Source of the DNA: Candidatus Poribacteria bacterium
GTDB lineage: Bacteria; Poribacteria; WGA-4E; PCPOR2b
NCBI GenBank assembly: GCA_965116925.1
Contig: OZ220744.1
Coordinates: 4,768,001-4,832,000 of the forward strand
Direction of reading: 5' to 3'
DNA: 64,000 nt
Shown one piece after another: positions 9,536 to 19,397 of this stretch. The position numbers were made by a program, and so were the translations under genes. How positions within the stretch are numbered: position 1 is the stretch's first letter; every line of letters begins with the position of its first letter. A model generated the notes under the pieces. That model saw only the letters and a program-made list of their open reading frames with translations. It did no database searches and had not been told where the DNA came from.

Positions 9536-11473
9536 TTAATAGTAAAAGGTATATGTTGGTCGGTTAATCATAATACTTAAGATATTCCAAAAACTTCCAA
9601 CCACAAAATCTCCCAATATCAGTCCCAAGAAAAACGGGACAGCCCTCCGATAAAGCCTGATGCCTCCATACTTCAGCACTCCCCATTTAGCAATAGCGGC
9701 GACGATGAACGCCGCCCAAAAGGTGTACATGTGGAAGGAGACACCGTAACCGAGGGGGTGGATGGGCCACCAGAAAAGATGACCACGTACCACCGCTAGC
9801 AGAATAGTAAACAGGAATCCGATGGTTATAGCGATGATGTGTGCGGTGTCCGCATCTCGCGGTGCGGTGAGCCAACCGTGCAGAAAGCGATACGAGCGTC
9901 CCCCAAAACTGTTGATCTGCCCGCCTACTTTGCCGGTATCTACGCCGAGATCAAAAAAGACATTCACCAACATCAGAATACACAACGGCATCGCAATAAT
10001 GATGAGTGTCAGCATCAGACGGGACAATCCTTTGACATCAAGGTTTCCGCGCTCCGCAAGTTTGAATGCTTCGAGCTGGTGCGGCATCGGGTGGCTTCGA
10101 TTGTCTCGATTGAACCAGAAAAACAGGGAAAACCAGGTGAGATTTTGCCCGCCAATCCTTCGAGTACCAAACAGACTGACGAGGCTATGGTGGGGTCCAA
10201 TGAAGGTTGTATTATGGATGGAAAGACCAATCTGAGCACGGATGCGCGTGACGGCAATGGCAATGGTTAGAAAATGTGCCACGAAAAACAGGACAGCAAT
10301 CCAGAGTGCCATTCCGCCCCGCATCGCAAACCAGACGAGGAATATCCCACCGAATAATAGACCGAGAAATGCCGTCCGATATCGCATCGGTTCGTTGTCA
10401 TCTTCACGTGGTCTCCGTCCAACAGCCTGCTGAAGTGCCCGCCATATCTGCCGTCGTGTTCCCCACAGCACAATCACGGAAACCCCTGTATACGCCCCAA
10501 TGTTCTGCTCATAAGGGAAAGGAAAACCGGGCAGACTGTCCAGCCCAGATATAATTCCAATGAAGGCTTGCATCTTATATAAGAAGAAAAAGAGGATACA
10601 TGACATGAGCAGGTCAAGTGGCATTAAAAAGCTAAGTCCAACCGCAAACGGATAGACCAGAATCGCACTTCCGCCCGTCAAAAAGGCAGTCCACGGTTTT
10701 TCCGTGAAGAACATATTTAAGGAGAAATGCTTCACCGGAATCTCAGGGAGAACAGGGAGAAAGAGGTGGAGCCCATTGAGAATACTGATAAATGCCGCGA
10801 TCGAAAATCCCCACCACATTGGGACACTGCGAAAGAAGTTTCGACTGTTGTAAGAAATCTGGTAAGGCAGCTCAACAATCGGATAAACAAGCCGTTCCTG
10901 CTCCGCCCACTGCTTACGGATAATTGTATTGATACACTGCATCACAAAAAGCAAGGCAAAGCTGAAGGCACACCACCAGATTGTAGGTTCTATCCAGTGA
11001 CGAATATAACGCCACTGAAGGAAGTCTTCATCACCACGATAAAAAGGGATTAGAATATCCGGGTCGTTAATGGTCAACCACTCTGGTAGGTACTTCCAGA
11101 ACAGGTCGCGCCACTCATTCTCCGGCGTGGCGAAATAGAAGGCGTGGACAATGATCGAGACCAGTGGCAGGAACATGTCGTACGACATGAACAGGAGCGT
11201 CATTGACATCAAGACGTAGAGGGAGATTAATTCCCCACCCGTAAAGGCGTACTTGGCTGCGAACTTTTTTAGGGGAGCATTGATTATAACTAAAATTAGG
11301 ATGGTAAAAACGACACTGTAAAAGGGAGCCATCAGCGTCGGGAAGGTGTATCGCAGTGCCTCACACTCGATGTGCCAAACATAGATGAACGGCAGGAAAA
11401 GCAGTGAAAGTATTATCGTTCGCCAAGTAATTTTTTCGGGCGGTTGTCTGGAAGACAGGGCAGGCGTCGTCAT
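9536..11473 (-). CDS. Polytopic membrane protein, DUF6785/DUF6784-like putative peptide transporter
   Basis: 645 aa with many TM segments; RKQWAEQERLVYPI, WWPIHPLGY, PFFLGLILGD motifs. Confidence 0.7.
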   Translation of the reverse strand: MTTPALSSRQPPEKITWRTIILSLLFLPFIYVWHIECEALRYTFPTLMAPFYSVVFTILILVIINAPLKKFAAKYAFTGGELISLYVLMSMTLLFMSYDMFLPLVSIIVHAFYFATPENEWRDLFWKYLPEWLTINDPDILIPFYRGDEDFLQWRYIRHWIEPTIWWCAFSFALLFVMQCINTIIRKQWAEQERLVYPIVELPYQISYNSRNFFRSVPMWWGFSIAAFISILNGLHLFLPVLPEIPVKHFSLNMFFTEKPWTAFLTGGSAILVYPFAVGLSFLMPLDLLMSCILFFFLYKMQAFIGIISGLDSLPGFPFPYEQNIGAYTGVSVIVLWGTRRQIWRALQQAVGRRPREDDNEPMRYRTAFLGLLFGGIFLVWFAMRGGMALWIAVLFFVAHFLTIAIAVTRIRAQIGLSIHNTTFIGPHHSLVSLFGTRRIGGQNLTWFSLFFWFNRDNRSHPMPHQLEAFKLAERGNLDVKGLSRLMLTLIIIAMPLCILMLVNVFFDLGVDTGKVGGQINSFGGRSYRFLHGWLTAPRDADTAHIIAITIGFLFTILLAVVRGHLFWWPIHPLGYGVSFHMYTFWAAFIVAAIAKWGVLKYGGIRLYRRAVPFFLGLILGDFVVGSFWNILSIMINRPTYTFYY

Positions 11474-11544
11474 AAAGGTTTCTGTTGAATTGAATTGTGT
11501 TGCTCTCTGGAGGTGGCAATTAAAGTTACATCATCAAAGAAGTA

Positions 11545-11573
11545 AGTATACCCGATTTCTGTTTTATTGACAA
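11545..11573 (-). promoter_or_regulatory. Sigma70-type promoter
   Basis: TTGTCA-17 bp-TATACT on the minus strand. Confidence 0.6.
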
Positions 11574-11591
11574 CTTAAAAACCGACATTCC

Positions 11592-11680
11592 TAGGGTCAT
11601 TTAATTCTCCCGTAGTTCGATCTCCCGGTCAAGGTTACGGCGGGGAGACCAGATGCGCCGCCTACGGATTCGGGTCATTC
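11592..11680. repeat. MITE family E, partial copy
   Basis: Aligns by eye with 4385-4470; right end not recognisable. Confidence 0.7.
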
Positions 11681-11818
11681 CGAAATTATCCAATATCAGT
11701 CAGCAAAATTTGCATAAACAGATATGTAAAATCCAAGCGCAAACCTTTTTGCTGGACACGCCTTCGCCCCTGTGGTAAACTAATTTAGGTTGCTATCAGA
11801 CATTGTTTCCATACGGAA

Positions 11819-12598
11819 GTGATTGATCCGATGAATATGCTCCCATTTACCATCAAAACAACAGATCAGGCGACGATGCATCTCTGTCGTATTACATCAC
11901 CGGCGCAGCACGAGGAGCTCGATGTTGAGGTTGGATTTCTGCTCCGTTCATGGGAAATTCATCGCCTGCACGCGCTCAGAGATAGCACACGCCGTAACCT
12001 CACGAAGCAAATTCTCAATGAGGTCCCCAACGATGCGTACAAGATGTTTATAAGGTTCTTGAGAGGTGCTGCTGAGCCCGAAGTCTTTTTGCCAACAGTC
12101 CGCTTAGACCACTATCTACATCGTCAATATTGTCTCCTTTTATCTTCCGGACGGACACGCGAACTGTTTGAGGTTTATAACAGGGGCAGTCGCTATAGCC
12201 GACGGCTTATCAACTTCAGTGGATACGATCTTATTGTGGGTGCAGGGATTCAACTGTTAGACACGGAGGCTTACCTAATTGCTCCAAACAAGTATACAAT
12301 TTTTCTTCGTCAGGTCAATGCAGCCAATGAGATCAACGTCTATCATAGCGATTTCATTGATCTCGCCGGCAGTACGCCTCCGCCGTTAGCACTCCGCCCC
12401 CAAGAGATCATTGATACTGTTCGGAATAACATCAGCGCAGAGACCGAAGCCAAAGCCCCTCATCAGCAACGCGATCAGGAAAAATCATCCGCCACGATAG
12501 CAGAATGTCCGGAATGTGGTGGGGAGGTTCAGCAGATTGGCGGGGAGAACTGCTTCTGCCTTGAGTGTAATTGGGATAATTTGCCGGCACTGAGGTGA
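11819..12598 (+). CDS. Hypothetical protein with C-terminal zinc ribbon
   Basis: CPECGG...CFCLEC at the C-terminus; start uncertain. Confidence 0.7.
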   Translation: MIDPMNMLPFTIKTTDQATMHLCRITSPAQHEELDVEVGFLLRSWEIHRLHALRDSTRRNLTKQILNEVPNDAYKMFIRFLRGAAEPEVFLPTVRLDHYLHRQYCLLLSSGRTRELFEVYNRGSRYSRRLINFSGYDLIVGAGIQLLDTEAYLIAPNKYTIFLRQVNAANEINVYHSDFIDLAGSTPPPLALRPQEIIDTVRNNISAETEAKAPHQQRDQEKSSATIAECPECGGEVQQIGGENCFCLECNWDNLPALR

Positions 12599-12614
12599 GA
12601 ACCTACGGCTCAGA

Positions 12615-13044
12615 TTAATTCCGCACTCAGCGGAATCCAGAATTCGGTGGGTTAGGCTTAGGACGCTGCCAACTCCGATTCGCAACGCGGATTTGGATGC
12701 GTTTGTTGTTCCAGGCACCGCCACGTAGCACACGCACACCCCCTGTTTCAACGCCGGTCGGATTTCGGATCGGGCTAACCGCGTAATAGTCGGGTTCGTA
12801 CCAATCGTGGCACCACTCCCATACGCTGCCTGCACAATCGTATAAGCCGAATCCATTCGGTGGAAAACTCCCCACCGGCAGCGGTACGCTGTGCTTTTGA
12901 CCGAAGTCCGCACGATCTTTCGGAGATTCATCGCCCCATGGATATTCCTTTAGGACGAGACCCCCTCTTGCCGCTTTTTCCCATTCCGCTTCGGTAGGCA
13001 GCCGTTTACCAACCCATTTGCAGTAGGCAACGGCATCGAACCAA
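12615..13044 (-). pseudogene. Truncated formylglycine-generating enzyme (SUMF1) family gene
   Basis: [28 protein letters not shown]...PNGFGLYD...GFR*VRN*; N-terminal half absent, TGA where the conserved Cys is expected. Confidence 0.8.
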
Positions 13045-13150
13045 TGAGCACAGGATCCCCTATTGTATTTTGATTTGCTTAATCGCCAACATGCTGCTAT
13101 ACTTTTGTTTAGTAGATCCCGTCAAATTAATGAGAAAGGATAAATCTCCT

Positions 13151-13696
13151 GTGACTTTAGCAGAAGTATTCAATTTATGTCAAGATATAGAACTAAGACA
13201 TGCAAAACTATACGCAACGCTATCCCTTCTGCTGGGGAACGTCGATGAGCGGGTCGCTCGGTTTTGGGAACAGATGAGCACAGAGGAATGGCAACACTAT
13301 ATCCTTGTCGATTTTGGAAGGTCACTGTGCGCTCGAAGCTTTGGATTGAACACGCCAGCCACAGAAATGCCACCTGTATCTATTCAGCAGATTACGCAAG
13401 CACTAGACAAATATGAGGGACAAGTGGGTTCAGAACAGGTTACGCTCCAAGAGGGATTTGAGATTGCTATTGAGATAGAAGGAAGCGAAGCGGACACGGT
13501 CTATATGTATCTGCTTTCAATTATCAGAAAGGCGATTTATCAGAGCCAAGAAACCTACTTACTGGACCGTATTTCCCAAATCGAGAAGGACATGCACACA
13601 CACATTGATCACCTAATTGATGCAACAAAGCGGTTTGCCAAGGATCCGGAACTCGTCCGAAGAGCGTATAGCTTGAAGGAACACCACTCCCACTAA
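13151..13696 (+). CDS. Ferritin/rubrerythrin-like diiron protein
   Basis: Helical protein with E..H motifs (IELRH, EEWQH); start either GTG 13151 or ATG 13130. Confidence 0.65.
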   Translation: MTLAEVFNLCQDIELRHAKLYATLSLLLGNVDERVARFWEQMSTEEWQHYILVDFGRSLCARSFGLNTPATEMPPVSIQQITQALDKYEGQVGSEQVTLQEGFEIAIEIEGSEADTVYMYLLSIIRKAIYQSQETYLLDRISQIEKDMHTHIDHLIDATKRFAKDPELVRRAYSLKEHHSH

Positions 13697-13750
13697 CTGA
13701 GGCAGTATTAACTCCTAATGATGCAGTGGAGGTAGAAAACTGGGTATGAT

Positions 13751-13970
13751 TTATAGTGGATCTTAGAATTAATGAGACGCTCCCAACCGGTGCGGTTAGA
13801 TGAAGTTTAAGTATTTAAATCGGTAATCCCTATTTTCCTCGAAACATACGGTAGGCGCGGTTTTCAACCGCGCCGGCGTCGCTAGCAAATTACCGAATTA
13901 TTTTTTTAATTTTCATGAAACCGCACCTACCGGGGGGCGCAAGTGTCTATTTTTTTAGAATTCACCATAA
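13751..13970. mobile_element. MITE family A with a nested family B element (13800-13916)
   Basis: Ends TATAGTGGATCTTAGAA...AGAATTCACCATA match the uninterrupted copy at 25519-25623; the insert has ATGAA...TTCAT ends. Confidence 0.8.
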
Positions 13971-14025
13971 TGTATTATTTCACCCGAGTTTTGAATCACA
14001 AATATCTTTAGAGAAGGAAATAGAG

Positions 14026-15039
14026 ATGACATACTACGTTTATATTCCGATTGCAGGCGAGAATAAAATTTCAACCTTTACCTTGAATCCAGATACAGGG
14101 CAGCTCACGTTTCAGCGTGATGTAGCGGTCGGCGCCGGACCTGGGCCGCTGGCAATCGATCCTGAGAGTAAATTTCTTTACGCAGGACTCCGCTCGATAC
14201 AGGAAATCGCAAGTTTCAGCATTGACCCAAGCACAGGCGATTTGTCGCCCATAGGATCGGTATCGCTTGAGTCAGATCCCTGCTATATCTCCACAGATGG
14301 AAACGGCAACTTCTTACTCGCCGCTTACTACGGTGCCGGGGCGATATCGGTACATCCCATCGGTGAGGACGGGGTTGTGGGTGGTCCCACCATCGAATGG
14401 CGCGAGACAGCAAACAACGCGCATTGCGTCATGACCGATGCGTCCAATAAGTTCGCCTTTCTGCCCCACGTCGGTGAATCCAACGCAATTTTTCAATTCC
14501 AATTTGATGAAAACACCGGCGCACTAACTCCCAATACTTCCGTTCCTGTGCTTGCCGCTGGCGAAGGGGAAGGACCCCGCCATTATGTTTTTCATCCAAA
14601 TATAGATGTGCTCTATACCTCAAACGAGCAGGGGTGCAGCATAACCGCCTACAATTTTGACTCTTCAGCGGGCACCTTGTCCGCTTTTCAGACGGTTTCG
14701 ACGCTACCGGAGGATTTCAATGAGGAAAACTCCTGTGCACAGATCCATATCACACCCAACGGAAAATTCGTGTATGTTTCAAACCGTGGGCATGATAGTA
14801 TCGCCGGGTTCGCAACCGATGATGAGACAGGCGCACTCACCGCAATCGGACAGCAGCCAACAGAGCCAACACCGAGAGCGTTCAATGTTGACTTGACGGG
14901 GAACTTCCTGTTTGCCGGCGGTCAGGGGTCGGGGAGACTTGCTACCTACCGGATTGATTCCCAGAGCGGTCAACTCCAACCTTTGGAAACGTACACGGTT
15001 GGGGACAACCCGATGTGGGTGCTTTTTGTGCAGTTATGA
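14026..15039 (+). CDS. pgl: 6-phosphogluconolactonase (beta-propeller lactonase)
   Basis: AHCV, GPRHYVFHP, YVSNRGHDSI, PRAF motifs; AAGGA RBS. Confidence 0.85.
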   Translation: MTYYVYIPIAGENKISTFTLNPDTGQLTFQRDVAVGAGPGPLAIDPESKFLYAGLRSIQEIASFSIDPSTGDLSPIGSVSLESDPCYISTDGNGNFLLAAYYGAGAISVHPIGEDGVVGGPTIEWRETANNAHCVMTDASNKFAFLPHVGESNAIFQFQFDENTGALTPNTSVPVLAAGEGEGPRHYVFHPNIDVLYTSNEQGCSITAYNFDSSAGTLSAFQTVSTLPEDFNEENSCAQIHITPNGKFVYVSNRGHDSIAGFATDDETGALTAIGQQPTEPTPRAFNVDLTGNFLFAGGQGSGRLATYRIDSQSGQLQPLETYTVGDNPMWVLFVQL

Positions 15040-15077
15040 GGAGGACAGCAAGGGGTTGTGATTCTTGTTCTTCAGTT

Positions 15078-17102
15078 CTATGAAGGATTCTCCTCATTTG
15101 TTTGTATTGGGTTTTGACTTTCAGGGTTATCAAACAGATCGGCGACCTGAGCGATTTTCTCAGGATTTCCGAGCAGATAAACTTCGTCATCGAACTCAAT
15201 CCGTAGTTCACCGTGCGGATTAGTTAAAATCTGTTCGTTTCGTCGGACTGCTAAGGCTGTTACCTCGTATATCCCTCGTAAAGCGATTTCTGCCAGCGAT
15301 TTTCCAACAAAAGGTGATTTCGGATCGACCCATAGGACTGAAATCTCAAGGTCAGGAAAATGCACTTTCAGATCGGAAACGGGCGGCACGTCTTGGGACA
15401 GGGTACGGAACATTTTATAACCGTCGGCGCGCACCTCCGCGACGAACTGTTCAATCTGATCGTGAGGGATGAGGTATTCCATCAACACCCGCGTGAAAAT
15501 TTCGACGGATGTCTCGAACTCCTCTGGAATCACTTCGTTTGCCCCGACACGGTATAGCGGCTCCACTTCAGCAAGATGGCGCGTTCTGGCGATAATGTGC
15601 GCCGTTGGATTCAAGGCATGGGCGGTTGCCACAATTCGACGCGAGGCAGCGTCGTCAGAAATCACCACCACCACCACTCGCGCCGCCTTGATGTTCGCAT
15701 GATAAAGCACCGCATCATAAATAGCATCACCGTAGAAAATCGGCTCACCATTTGCCCGTTCTACGCGGACGGTTTCAGGATTCATTTCGACGATGACATA
15801 CGGGATATTTGCCGCCTGCGCCGCTTTTGCGACGTTTCGGCCGTTGACTCCGAAGCCAATGATGATGACATGGTTCGTCTGCTCGACATCCTGCGTTGAA
15901 GCGATGGGTTTCAATCCTGACACGAGTCGTCTTGGCAGCGGCAATCGTAATATCCCACCGGCGACATGAGGTGCCGCCGAGATAATAAACGGCGTTGCAG
16001 CCATCGTTACAACCGAAACAGCGAGAAACAGTTTGTAATTTGTGTCACTGAGCAAGCCGTGTTCGATACCCGATTTGGAGAGGATAAACGCAAATTCCCC
16101 CACCTGACTGAGTGTGAGCCCTGCCAAAATCGCCGTGCGTAGTGGGTATCCGAGCATCGAGGTTACCCCTCCTGCAATGATACTTTTTGCAACGAGAACA
16201 CCGATTGTCACTCCTGCAATTAACAACGGCTTTTGAACTAGCACGTGAAGATCAAGTAGCATCCCAACGGACACAAAGAAGAAACTGGTGAACACATCCC
16301 GAAACGGTGAGATGTGGCCAAGTGCGTCGTGGCTCGACTCCGATTCGGAGACGATCAGTCCCGCGAGGAAGGCACCAAGTGCCAAAGACACGCCGAAACG
16401 CGACGTCAACCAGACGACAGCGAGGCAGATGGCGAGAACGCTCAACAAGAAAACCTCTCGGCTGCGCGTTTGAAGTACCTGTGATAGAATCAGTGGCACG
16501 ATGTACTTTGCACCAACAAACACCACACCAATCATTACAGCGGCTTTTGCCAACAGTAAAATGAGCGCTCTGCTTATGTCACTCGCTTCACCAGCGAGGA
16601 TTGGGGTGATGAGTATCATCGGGACAATGGCAATATCCTGAAAAATCAGGATTGCCAATGCGGTGCGCCCGTGTGGTGTCCGCGTTTCGTCGCGTTCTTG
16701 TAGCAGTTTCATCACAATTGCTGTGCTGCTGACGGCGGCGAGGCACCCCATAAAAAGCGATTCGTTGGTCGCCAGACCGAAGTACCGGGCTACTGCAAAC
16801 GCCACCAGAAGCGTTAATCCGACTTGTAACGATCCGCCCAGCAACACCGCTCGCTTAATCTGGAGCAGATTTTTCAGCGAGAATTCAATCCCGATAGTAA
16901 ATAGCAGCAAGATGACACCAATTTCCGCTAGAATTTCGACTTCATGGCTTGCCTGAATCAGACCCAATCCGTGAGGGCCTGCAATCAGTCCTGTCAAGAG
17001 AAAGCCAACAATCGAAGGCACACTCAACCTATGACAGATCAGTAGAACACCAATCGATAAACCGAATATGATGCAGATGTCATAAAGCAAAGGAATTTCC
17101 AT
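15078..17102 (-). CDS. CPA2 cation:proton antiporter (Kef-like) with TrkA-N/TrkA-C domains
   Basis: AEIGVILLLFTIGIEFS, IFQD and GFGVNG Rossmann motif. Confidence 0.9.
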   Translation of the reverse strand: MEIPLLYDICIIFGLSIGVLLICHRLSVPSIVGFLLTGLIAGPHGLGLIQASHEVEILAEIGVILLLFTIGIEFSLKNLLQIKRAVLLGGSLQVGLTLLVAFAVARYFGLATNESLFMGCLAAVSSTAIVMKLLQERDETRTPHGRTALAILIFQDIAIVPMILITPILAGEASDISRALILLLAKAAVMIGVVFVGAKYIVPLILSQVLQTRSREVFLLSVLAICLAVVWLTSRFGVSLALGAFLAGLIVSESESSHDALGHISPFRDVFTSFFFVSVGMLLDLHVLVQKPLLIAGVTIGVLVAKSIIAGGVTSMLGYPLRTAILAGLTLSQVGEFAFILSKSGIEHGLLSDTNYKLFLAVSVVTMAATPFIISAAPHVAGGILRLPLPRRLVSGLKPIASTQDVEQTNHVIIIGFGVNGRNVAKAAQAANIPYVIVEMNPETVRVERANGEPIFYGDAIYDAVLYHANIKAARVVVVVISDDAASRRIVATAHALNPTAHIIARTRHLAEVEPLYRVGANEVIPEEFETSVEIFTRVLMEYLIPHDQIEQFVAEVRADGYKMFRTLSQDVPPVSDLKVHFPDLEISVLWVDPKSPFVGKSLAEIALRGIYEVTALAVRRNEQILTNPHGELRIEFDDEVYLLGNPEKIAQVADLFDNPESQNPIQTNEENPS

Positions 17103-17221
17103 AATTCATTCCAAGTTGTGATGCGTCGTGAGTATTAAATATCTGTTGATTTGATTTCGTCGAGGTCGTTGGTTTTCACCGCTGGATAAGACCTCTTGAT
17201 TGACACGAGTGCAAATGTCTG

Positions 17222-17387
17222 AACGCCGAGAGCGTTTAATGTTATGGCGGGAAACTTTCTGTTCGCTAGCGGTCAAGGGTCGGGAAGCCTCACCACCTGC
17301 TGAATTGATCTACAGAGCGGCGAGTTCTAGCATTTGGAAATATATAAGGTTGGAAATAATCCAGTGTGAGACTTTTTGTGCAGCTAT
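17222..17387 (+). pseudogene. Decayed duplicate of the pgl 3' end
   Basis: Colinear similarity to 14868-15039 with indels and stop codons. Confidence 0.8.
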
Positions 17388-17505
17388 CTGGCTAGTAGTC
17401 TACTATATCAGTTTCTAGGCGGTTTGAGTCAAGTTCGCTGCTGGTTCAAGGCGGGCCAGCAGCTCGCTCGACTTAGCATTGAACATTCAACAGCATTTAC
17501 CCATT

Positions 17506-17637
17506 GGCTCATGTAAAAAGAAAGTGCAAAACACGAAGCAAAATCGTAGGGGCGGGGTCTCCCCGCCCGCCGTAAGGGTTGGGTGACCCAACCCCTACGA
17601 ATATTCGGTTTCTTTGCACTAAATCTTAACATGAGCG
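17506..17637. mobile_element. MITE family C with 8-bp TSD (TACCCATT)
   Basis: GGCTCATGT...ACATGAGCG ends; the TSD is on both sides; cargo is a GTAGGGG...CCCCTAC REP pair. Confidence 0.85.
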
Positions 17638-17644
17638 TACCCAT

Positions 17645-19048
17645 TTAGGCGGCGGTCAGTTCATCCGCTATATCTTCTGCCGGATAACTGAGTGCCTCCC
17701 CAAGGGTTGGATGCGGATACGGGATATTCAGAACATCAAAAACGGTGTCGTTGTGGTAGAGGTGTGGCAGCGCAATCTGCATAATATCGGTCGCGTGGGG
17801 TCCAAGAATATGTAGACCAACGATGCGCCCTGAAGGTCGTTCGGCAATCATTTTTACGAAGCCATCTATCTCACCGATTGCTACAGCTTTGCCAATATAG
17901 TCCATCGGCGTTTTCACAGTTATCACGTCCAACCCCTGTGCCTTTGCCTCCGCTTCGGTAAGCCCCACTGTCCCAATCTCTGGGTGAGAGAAAATGATGT
18001 TGGAAACCAAGTCGTAGTTCATTTTAGTCTCTCGTTTTCCCGCCGCATGTAAGCCAGCAACCTTTCCTTCCATCGTAGCAGCGTAAACTAATCCCGCTTT
18101 GCCGGTGACATCCCCGACCGCATAGATGTGTGGAACATTGGTCTGCATATAGTCATTGACCTCAATCTCACCCTTTTCACCGAGAAGCAAGCCAGTTGTT
18201 TCCATGCCCAAACCGTCTATTGCGGCACGACGACCTGTATTTACCATAATCTCTTCTGCACTGACTATCTTCTCCTCACCGTTCTGCACAAAATGGACCT
18301 CTTTACCTTTATCCGTGCGCGTAAATGATTTCAGTTGGGTCTCGGTCAGGATATTCATCCCATCTCGCCGAAGCAGGTCCTGTAATTCAAAGCCGATATC
18401 TGGATCAAGCCGCCTTAAAACCCGCGGGCTGCGGACTAACATAGTCACCTCAACCCCCACCATGTGGAAAAGGTATCCCAACTCCAGAGCGATATAGCCG
18501 CTGCCGATGACAATCAAAGAACTCGGGAGATGTTCCAGATAGAGTGCCTCATCACTGGTGATGTATCCCGTCTCTGCTAACCCATGCAGGGGAGGAACAT
18601 CCACCACGGATCCGGTGGCGATAACGATTTTCTCACCAACGTAGCGGTTATCCCCAACCTGAATGGTATGGGGATCAGTAAAACTAGCACTACCTTCTAC
18701 AATATCGACCGATGCGTTGAGGATTGCCTCCCTGCGTGCAGCAAAAAAATCATCTTCCACTAAGGTTCGGACACGTTTCTGAACGGTTGACCAATTGACC
18801 TGTAAATCGCTAGCTGTGATACCGAACTCGGGACTCTCTTCAAAGATACGCTTTACACTCGCGGAGGCGAGCAGGGTTTTGGAGGGCATACAGCCTTCGT
18901 TGGTGCACAAGCTGTATCCGACGCGACGTTTCTCTATCAAGAGAATTTTCTTCATTCCTTCGGCTTTGGCGGCCATCGCCGCTGAAAACCCGCCGCTACC
19001 GCTGCCGATACAGATAAGGTCATAATGATGTATATTCGTATCGCTCAT
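17645..19048 (-). CDS. Dihydrolipoamide dehydrogenase-family disulfide oxidoreductase
   Basis: GSGSGG, CTNEGCMPSK, GSGYIALE, HPTLGE motifs. Confidence 0.85.
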   Translation of the reverse strand: MSDTNIHHYDLICIGSGSGGFSAAMAAKAEGMKKILLIEKRRVGYSLCTNEGCMPSKTLLASASVKRIFEESPEFGITASDLQVNWSTVQKRVRTLVEDDFFAARREAILNASVDIVEGSASFTDPHTIQVGDNRYVGEKIVIATGSVVDVPPLHGLAETGYITSDEALYLEHLPSSLIVIGSGYIALELGYLFHMVGVEVTMLVRSPRVLRRLDPDIGFELQDLLRRDGMNILTETQLKSFTRTDKGKEVHFVQNGEEKIVSAEEIMVNTGRRAAIDGLGMETTGLLLGEKGEIEVNDYMQTNVPHIYAVGDVTGKAGLVYAATMEGKVAGLHAAGKRETKMNYDLVSNIIFSHPEIGTVGLTEAEAKAQGLDVITVKTPMDYIGKAVAIGEIDGFVKMIAERPSGRIVGLHILGPHATDIMQIALPHLYHNDTVFDVLNIPYPHPTLGEALSYPAEDIADELTAA

Positions 19049-19091
19049 ATAAATCTTCTCTCCTCGGGTTCTGGTTTATCCTGACTCAGAC

Positions 19092-19124
19092 AAAAAAATA
19101 GACCCCGATCTTCGACCGGGGTCT
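19092..19124 (-). terminator. Intrinsic terminator of the tig-clpPX-lon-hslR operon
   Basis: AGACCCCGGTC-GAA-GATCGGGGTCT followed by a T tract on the minus strand. Confidence 0.8.
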
Positions 19125-19130
19125 GAGAAT

Positions 19131-19397
19131 TTACTCACTATCTTCTGATTCATTGATTCGCCGGTAGAGGGTTGAGGCTTTCCCTCTCGGCACATTGCCA
19201 GAAGGGACCTCCAGCACTTCATACACGGCGGGCTCTTCTTCCCCAAAGTCAATTGACAATATGTCACCGACAGACAGTTCTTTGCCAGCCTTCGCTGGGT
19301 GTCCATTGATCAGCACACGTCCACGGCTACAAATCGAATTGGCAACGGTACGACGCTTAATGAGGCGGCTCACCTGTAGGAATTTGTCGAGGCGCAT
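19131..19397 (-). CDS. hslR: S4-domain RNA-binding protein (Hsp15/YabO-like)
   Basis: MRLDKFLQVSRLIKRRTVA...GRVLING. Confidence 0.85.
   Translation of the reverse strand: MRLDKFLQVSRLIKRRTVANSICSRGRVLINGHPAKAGKELSVGDILSIDFGEEEPAVYEVLEVPSGNVPRGKASTLYRRINESEDSE

Noticed and set aside
12615..12629. Selenocysteine at GFR(TGA)VRN
   Set aside because: The gene has lost its 5' half and no convincing SECIS is evident; a nonsense mutation is simpler
13915..14025. Long N-terminal extension of pgl
   Set aside because: Begins inside a MITE; the RBS supports ATG 14026
17645..19048. Mercuric reductase MerA
   Set aside because: No C-terminal Cys-Cys pair; has the HPTxxE motif of the lipoamide dehydrogenase type; no mer genes nearby
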